Shown in pieces: positions 58,205 to 64,000 of a stretch of 64,000 bases of DNA. The position numbers and the translations under genes were made by a program. Position 1 is the first letter of the stretch. Every line of letters begins with the position of its first letter. The notes below the pieces were generated by a model. The model was not told where the DNA came from, did not search any database, and was given only the letters and a program-made list of their open reading frames with translations. Source of the DNA: an uncultured Gammaproteobacteria bacterium (GTDB lineage: Bacteria > Patescibacteriota > Microgenomatia > Levybacterales > UBA12049); NCBI GenBank assembly GCA_964503265.1, contig CAZCYO010000005.1:39151-103150 (forward strand), written 5' to 3'.

Positions 58205-58424
58205 CTTTGTCATCCCAGACTCGTGATTTATCAATAGTATTACTAAATTAAATCATCCTTTAGAGCTCTGGGATCTAGAGATACTTTTGTAACTCCCTAA
58301 TTAGAATAGCCGCTCGTATAGTGAGCATCTATTGTTCTTCGTAACTCTTTTTCGGGTACGAGCTTAGTACAGTAAACTGCAAACATTTTATTCTGGATCC
58401 CAGATCGAGTCTGGGATGACAAAG
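58205..58424. mobile_element. MITE-like element: 220 bp bounded by perfect 19-bp terminal inverted repeats (CTTTGTCATCCCAGACTCG ... CGAGTCTGGGATGACAAAG) with an internal ATCCCAGA/TCTGGGAT hairpin
   Basis: Seen directly. No ORF inside; it lies between convergent genes; related sequence at 4711-4736. Confidence 0.55.
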
Positions 58425-58512
58425 AATTTTGGGAAAAAGAAGAAGAATTTATATTACAAATTACATAACGTAATATGAAATGAAATAAGGGAGCAATGTA
58501 ACAATATACTTA

Positions 58513-60150
58513 TTACAACTGACTCTCTGTACTAAAGATGTCTTCTGAGGTCATAGGATCTCCTCCAATATGTTTCATAATCGCGTTAGCAGTGATTAGT
58601 ATTTGTGTCGGATTTGACGCGTACTGAAGGGTTGTAAAAAGAATTGCATTGTTCTTATAAAAATTTTCTCCGTATACACTATTTAATACCTTCTCTAGTC
58701 GGGCTTGGTCTTTTGTGAAATAGATTTCTTCTAAGTCACTTTCAGGAATCGCATTAGTGATTTGTGTGATAATCTTGGCGAAAATAGGATAGCCTAGATT
58801 TGTACTCGTGTTGAGTCCGTTTGTGATAACTTTTCTGGTAAAGTATTCTGTTAATCCTTCTTCAAAAAAGAGAATAGAAAAACTTTTCTTCTCATTGTGG
58901 CTTGCGTAATGAAGATATTCATGAACACTAGTCGCAAAGTAATCAGCCAGAGCATGAGAGCTTTTGGTATCAATTAAAATTCTGATCGTACTTGGAGGTT
59001 TATAGACACCTAATTCGTGAGGGATGTTTTTATCAAGTACAGCATTTAGTTTTCGTTGTGATGAAAAGAATGTTTTATATTGTTTATAGAGATCTAATTG
59101 AGATTGAACGATAGGGAGTTGTTTTGTATTTTCATCAATTTCTTTATTTGCCGTGTCGACGATAGTATCAAATGCGATAGCGTCTTTCTGGCAGAACTCA
59201 GGCGTATTATCATGCTTAAAAATACCTTTTTCGTAGTGACCACTTGCATTACATTTCTTCATCTTGTCGTCTTTTTGTGCAAATGTTGTTGGGATCAATG
59301 CTTTATTTGTGTCAATGGATGTTTTCATCTTTGAAAGTGAAGCAGCACTTGAGCTCATTTCTTTCTCAAGTGTAGCGAGCTGGCTGTCAAGGGTTTTAAT
59401 TTTTTCTTTTGAATCGACAAATCTATATGATTCATATTCTTTGTCATCAATCACAACAATTTTTGGATAGAAACGAATTGCTCTTTGGGGGAAGTAGTGC
59501 TTAATAAACATATAGCCCACGATAGGCGATAGCGTCTCTAATTCCTTTTTGTTTACATTAGCAATAATGAGCGTGTTATCAAGAAGAATACTTGCGCCCA
59601 ATTCTTTGATCGGAAGGACTAAAAAAGAAGGAACAGAAGGGAGAATGGTGTTACCATAGAAACTATTCGTTCCAGAAATTGTTGAAGCGATAGCAATAAG
59701 TTTACTATATGAATCATCATCAGAAGCAATTATCTGTGGGGGAGTATCATTTCCCTTAAGCGTTTTGACCAGTTCTTTTTTATCAGTAATAATGCCTAGA
59801 GATTTGGCATTACTATTAATCATAACTGCCATGACCGTTAGTTGAACCCATGCTATTGTTAGTAAGATAAGATAGGAAAGAAAAATACTAATAACAGTGA
59901 TTGATGACAGGTGAACAGCTGTGAGTAGTGATTTTTTATGAAGTGAATGTGATTTTTCAAATCGTATCGTGCGTAAAAAAACGATCACGATTCCTATACT
60001 GAGAATGCCAAAGAGAATACTATGACTAAGCATGATTTGGATCTGATACATAAAAAATCCTAGGAATGAATGCGAAGAGCGAAGGGGAACGTTGATAAGA
60101 AAGGCGGTAGTTGTGAAGAGGGTAGCTATTAGGAAAATGAGAAATTGCAT
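58513..60150 (-). CDS. membrane protein with an N-terminal multi-TM region and an extracytoplasmic domain carrying an HExxH motif (putative metalloprotease)
   Basis: 545 aa; TM segments in the first ~120 aa; SVHEYLHYASHNE motif. Confidence 0.35.
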   Translation of the reverse strand: MQFLIFLIATLFTTTAFLINVPLRSSHSFLGFFMYQIQIMLSHSILFGILSIGIVIVFLRTIRFEKSHSLHKKSLLTAVHLSSITVISIFLSYLILLTIAWVQLTVMAVMINSNAKSLGIITDKKELVKTLKGNDTPPQIIASDDDSYSKLIAIASTISGTNSFYGNTILPSVPSFLVLPIKELGASILLDNTLIIANVNKKELETLSPIVGYMFIKHYFPQRAIRFYPKIVVIDDKEYESYRFVDSKEKIKTLDSQLATLEKEMSSSAASLSKMKTSIDTNKALIPTTFAQKDDKMKKCNASGHYEKGIFKHDNTPEFCQKDAIAFDTIVDTANKEIDENTKQLPIVQSQLDLYKQYKTFFSSQRKLNAVLDKNIPHELGVYKPPSTIRILIDTKSSHALADYFATSVHEYLHYASHNEKKSFSILFFEEGLTEYFTRKVITNGLNTSTNLGYPIFAKIITQITNAIPESDLEEIYFTKDQARLEKVLNSVYGENFYKNNAILFTTLQYASNPTQILITANAIMKHIGGDPMTSEDIFSTESQL

Positions 60151-60211
60151 GACCTGTGGATATATGTATCGTACTAACAGTTTAGGCTAAAAGCAAGGAA
60201 GGAGGGGACTA

Positions 60212-62686
60212 TTATTTACCTAATTTCTCTTCTAGTTCTTTTAGTTTGAGTGATGTTTTAAGAACACTATCAGGTTGTAAGCTGATCGAATCAATCCCTT
60301 CCTCAACTAAAAATTCAGCAAAGTCAGTAAAGTCAGATGGTCCTTGTCCACAAATACCTACAGGTAAACCAAAGGTGTGAGCGTGAGTAATGAGTGTTTT
60401 GACGAGCTTTTTAACTGATGGACTTCGCTCATTTCCAATATGTGCGACGAGCTTTGAATCTCGATCTAGTCCGAGTGCCAACTGTGTTAAATCATTTGAA
60501 CCGATTGAGAAGCCGTCAAAAATTCCTGCAAATTCTTCAACTTGTAAAATATTTGAGGGGATTTCAGCCATAACCCAGACACGTAATCTTTCATCAATAT
60601 CATCATGTGCTGCAACGGCGCGTGGATGAGGATGTTTTTCATGATGTAACCCATGCTTGGCCATTACATCAAGTACTTTTTGACCTTCTTCAGGAGTTCG
60701 ACAGAAGGGAATCATGACCTGCAGATTATACAGTCCCATCTCTTCACGAACTCGTTTAACTGCTTTACATTCTAGTGAAAATGCTTCTTCAAAAGCCGGA
60801 TCATAATATCTGCTTGCACCACGCCAGCCAAGCATAGGGTTTTCTTCATTTGGTTCATAGAGGCTTCCTCCAAGAAGGCTCGCATATTCGTTGCTCTTAA
60901 AGTCACTAAAGCGCAGAAGTACCTCATTTGGGTAAAATGCTGCTGCGATAATACTAATACCATAAGCCAATTTCTGTATATAGTATTCAATCCGATCCTC
61001 ATATCCCATAGTCAATATATCAATCTGTTTTTTTAGTGTTTCATCTGTTAATTCATCGTAGTGGATCAGTGCATTTGGATGGACTTTTATGAAGTTTGAA
61101 ATAATAAATTCTTCACGTGCGAGACCGACACCGTGATTTGGAATAAATGAATAGGTGAAGACAAATTCTGGATCAGCGACAATCATTTTAATTTTTGTTT
61201 TAGGAGGAGTGAAATCGGTTAAATCTGTTTTATGGATCGCGAATTTGATGAGTCCTGCGTATACTTTGCCGCTTTCACCCTCAGCACAACTCACAGTAAT
61301 TTCTGTGCCTGTTTTAATCTCTTTTGTAGCATTTCCCGTGCCTACGACTGCCGGAATACCAAGTTCTCGTGAGACGATGGCAGCGTGTGAGGTACGTCCA
61401 CCAGAGTTAGTGACGATGGCACTGGCTTTTTTCATGATAGGTTCCCAGTCCGGATCGGTAATTTCAGCGACTAATACTTCGCCTTCTTCAAATTCATCAA
61501 GTTGACTTGCTTCTTTAATAAATCTGGCTTTTCCGTGTCCGATTTTAGCTCCGACTGCAGCTCCCTGGACGAGTACCTTCCCGTGCTCTTCAAGTTTATA
61601 TTCCTCAAGCACCGTCATATCTTTTCGGGCTTGAACTGTTTCAGGACGAGCTTGAACGATGTATAGTTCTTTACCATCATATGCCCATTCTGTATCCATG
61701 GGTTTTTGGTAATGATCTTCAATAATCATTCCCCAGCGTGCGAGTGTTAGAACTTGTTCATCATTGAGCACAAATCGATTCCGATCTTCTTCGTGGACGA
61801 GGAGTTCTTTGGTTGGATTTGTACCGTCCTGAGCGTAAATAAGTTTTTTTTCTTTACTGCCTAATTTTTTATTAAGTATGGCTTTTTTCCCAAGCGCGAG
61901 CGTTGGTTTAAATACCATGAATTCATCAGGCGTGACGATGCCTTTGACGATAAATTCACCCAGTCCCCACGAACCGTTAATCAGTACGACATTACGAAAC
62001 CCACTATCAGTATCGAGTGTAAACATGACGCCGCTACATCCCTTATCACTTCTGACCATTTTCTGTACACTACACGAAAGTGCGATCTTAAAATGATCGA
62101 AATGCTGATCAACGCGATATGAAATAGCACGATTGGTGAAGAGTGAAGAGAAGGCTTTTTTAATGGAATCTAGTAAGTTATGTGTTCCGTGGACGTTTAA
62201 ATATGATTCTTGCTGGCCGGCAAAAGAGGCATTAGGCAAATCTTCAGCAGTTGCTGAACTTCGAACGGCCACATCAAGTTCTGTTTCCTCCAGATGGAGT
62301 TTCTCAGCGAGCTGTTTGTAGGAAGAAACGATTTCTTCTTCCATCTCGGGTGGAAATTTCGCTGCCATGATCATTTCTCGAATCTTTGATCCAGCAGTTT
62401 CAAGCACGTGCATATTTCCGGTATCTAAATGATCTAAGATGTCGGCAATTTTTTTATCAAGTTCGTTTTTCTCGATGAAATACCGATATGCGTATGCTGT
62501 TACGGCAAAGCCGTAGGGTACTTTAATGTGTTCTTCAGGGAATGTTTTGTTTGTTGCTGAAACGAGGTTTTGATACATCTCACCTAAGTTCGCATTTTTC
62601 CCGCCCACAAGAGGAATATCATCTTTGGAGATTTCATCGAACCACAGAACAAATCGTTGATCTTTAGGCAGCATAGTAAAAAACAA
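60212..62686 (-). CDS. ppsA: phosphoenolpyruvate synthase (PEP-utilising enzyme family)
   Basis: 824 aa; N-terminus VLWFDEISKDDIPLVGGKNANLGEM; phospho-His motif GGRTSHAAIVSRELGIPAVVG; C-terminal PEP-utilising TIM-barrel domain. Confidence 0.85.
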   Translation of the reverse strand: MFFTMLPKDQRFVLWFDEISKDDIPLVGGKNANLGEMYQNLVSATNKTFPEEHIKVPYGFAVTAYAYRYFIEKNELDKKIADILDHLDTGNMHVLETAGSKIREMIMAAKFPPEMEEEIVSSYKQLAEKLHLEETELDVAVRSSATAEDLPNASFAGQQESYLNVHGTHNLLDSIKKAFSSLFTNRAISYRVDQHFDHFKIALSCSVQKMVRSDKGCSGVMFTLDTDSGFRNVVLINGSWGLGEFIVKGIVTPDEFMVFKPTLALGKKAILNKKLGSKEKKLIYAQDGTNPTKELLVHEEDRNRFVLNDEQVLTLARWGMIIEDHYQKPMDTEWAYDGKELYIVQARPETVQARKDMTVLEEYKLEEHGKVLVQGAAVGAKIGHGKARFIKEASQLDEFEEGEVLVAEITDPDWEPIMKKASAIVTNSGGRTSHAAIVSRELGIPAVVGTGNATKEIKTGTEITVSCAEGESGKVYAGLIKFAIHKTDLTDFTPPKTKIKMIVADPEFVFTYSFIPNHGVGLAREEFIISNFIKVHPNALIHYDELTDETLKKQIDILTMGYEDRIEYYIQKLAYGISIIAAAFYPNEVLLRFSDFKSNEYASLLGGSLYEPNEENPMLGWRGASRYYDPAFEEAFSLECKAVKRVREEMGLYNLQVMIPFCRTPEEGQKVLDVMAKHGLHHEKHPHPRAVAAHDDIDERLRVWVMAEIPSNILQVEEFAGIFDGFSIGSNDLTQLALGLDRDSKLVAHIGNERSPSVKKLVKTLITHAHTFGLPVGICGQGPSDFTDFAEFLVEEGIDSISLQPDSVLKTSLKLKELEEKLGK

Positions 62687-62778
62687 TAGCTTATTAATAA
62701 TAGCAATGCTGTGGTAAATTACAAGCGATTACATCACTGATTCTTTTGCTATAATAGGTATGTTAGTCTCCTTTTTCT

Positions 62779-64000
62779 ATGAAACTGCAAACTGTCTCTT
62801 GGATCGTTAGTATTTGTCTTATATGTATTATCGCAATTGGTATTTTTTTACTAACTCGGCAGGAAGCTGTTATCGATCAACTAGGTTTTACTCCACAAGA
62901 AAAGCAGGTCTATGAAATTGGGAACGGAACTACTACGCCAATCAATGTCTTAGCAACTACCCTGCCTGAATTTGCTATAAAATTGGTTGATGAAAAATTT
63001 AATAATCTTTGGAAAGCACATGCACAAGAACGTGCAGAAGCTGTTGAAGCACTCGTGACAAATGAAAAAAAAGATACGAGTTTACTGGTGGACACACAAT
63101 TTAACGATACTGATAAGCAGATAACTGTTACTCCGAAAAAAGCCAATCAAATGAAGCCAGGGTTGTATCATCTGGATGTAAAAATTAAAACTGTTCACGG
63201 AGTTGACGTTACAATTACCCAAGATTTTACCTGGGGAGTTCTTGCGATTAATACGAGTAAGGCTGTGTATAAACCTGGAGATACAGTGAAAATTGGGATG
63301 GGAGTTCTAGATGATTTGGGACACACGAAGTGTATCGCAACTGGTGATGTGACATTCCCAACAGCAAAAGTGTGGCTCACAGTTATTAGTCCAAGTGGTC
63401 AAGAAACGACACTGGATACGGAATCTGGAACAATTAGTGGTAGTGAGGAATGTGCGCCAATTTCCATTACAAACAATCCTGACTTTCAGACGACTATGCG
63501 AGTAACTGAAGTTGGAACATATACAATGCGAATGACAGCTGAGAATATCAATGGAAAAAGGAGTATAGAAGATCATTTTAGGGTTTCAACGACTTCCCCT
63601 GCGTTTGATATTATGCGCACTTCATATCCAACTCGTATTTATCCGCATGGCCATTACCCTGTTGAGATAACAGTGGTTGCGAATAAAAACTATATAGGAG
63701 TTGTCAGCGATTATGTTCCGAATAATTTTCATATTACTAATATCTCTAACAATGGAACTGCATCAGTACAACAGGAATATCTGAATATTTCCTGGAATGT
63801 AAATTTTACTAAGGGACAAACATATGTGTTGAAATATGATATTAAGTTTCCTCTTATTTCACCCGAATTTTATTTAGTCGGACCACTGACAATTGGAACG
63901 TTTACTGAAGGAAGAAATTGGCAGATCGCATCTGATGCGATCACCCAAGCTCAATCGCCTGTATCAAATGTGTCTACTGGGTCAACAACTGTCAGTGCAA
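62779..64000 (+). CDS. hypothetical secreted/surface protein (partial; continues beyond the window end)
   Basis: My own translation from the ATG at 62779 gives MKLQTVSWIVSICLICIIAIGIFLLTRQEAV... (signal anchor), then over 380 aa T/S/N-rich with no stop before 64000. It is not in the ORF track. Confidence 0.5.
   Translation, partial: MKLQTVSWIVSICLICIIAIGIFLLTRQEAVIDQLGFTPQEKQVYEIGNGTTTPINVLATTLPEFAIKLVDEKFNNLWKAHAQERAEAVEALVTNEKKDTSLLVDTQFNDTDKQITVTPKKANQMKPGLYHLDVKIKTVHGVDVTITQDFTWGVLAINTSKAVYKPGDTVKIGMGVLDDLGHTKCIATGDVTFPTAKVWLTVISPSGQETTLDTESGTISGSEECAPISITNNPDFQTTMRVTEVGTYTMRMTAENINGKRSIEDHFRVSTTSPAFDIMRTSYPTRIYPHGHYPVEITVVANKNYIGVVSDYVPNNFHITNISNNGTASVQQEYLNISWNVNFTKGQTYVLKYDIKFPLISPEFYLVGPLTIGTFTEGRNWQIASDAITQAQSPVSNVSTGSTTVSA

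Overview
This window spans a chromosomal replication origin (rpmH-rnpA-yidC-jag on the minus strand, dnaA-dnaN on the plus strand, with TTATCCACA DnaA boxes in both flanking intergenic regions). The first ~21 kb is compact housekeeping genes: carB (partial), carA, ruvB, ruvA, ruvC, rplY, valS, a class II aldolase, pgk and cell-envelope genes. Directly after dnaN comes a ~30 kb accessory locus, 23.9-53.9 kb, that I read as a Gram-positive/CPR-style type IV secretion (T4SS)-like system. It contains a VirB4 ATPase split into two translationally coupled ORFs, a VirB3-like membrane protein fused to a carboxypeptidase-regulatory-like domain, and a large VirB1-like protein carrying an SLT lytic-transglycosylase motif. 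It also has a secreted Amidase_2+HExxH cell-wall hydrolase, a VirB6/TrbL-like polytopic membrane protein and five tandem VirB2/TrbC-like pilin paralogs, one of which has a large extracellular N-domain. Two giant proteins of unknown function (1822 and 1427 aa) and an ATPase/OmpR-winged-helix regulator complete the locus. An 8-bp simple-sequence repeat sits in a divergent promoter/5' region. No coupling protein (VirD4) or relaxase is visible in the window. Other signals: two four-helix-bundle ('23S rRNA intervening sequence'-type) genes, each flanked by inverted repeats, one wedged precisely between carA and carB; a 220-bp MITE-like element with perfect 19-bp terminal inverted repeats and related hairpin copies; a truncated IS1595-family transposase; and an intrinsic-terminator-like hairpin abutting the carA start codon. 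The gene content (four-helix-bundle genes, O-antigen-ligase+TPR fusions, the T4SS pilin type, compact size) suggests a CPR/Patescibacteria-like genome using the standard genetic code; this is inference. No tRNA, rRNA or CRISPR array was recognised.
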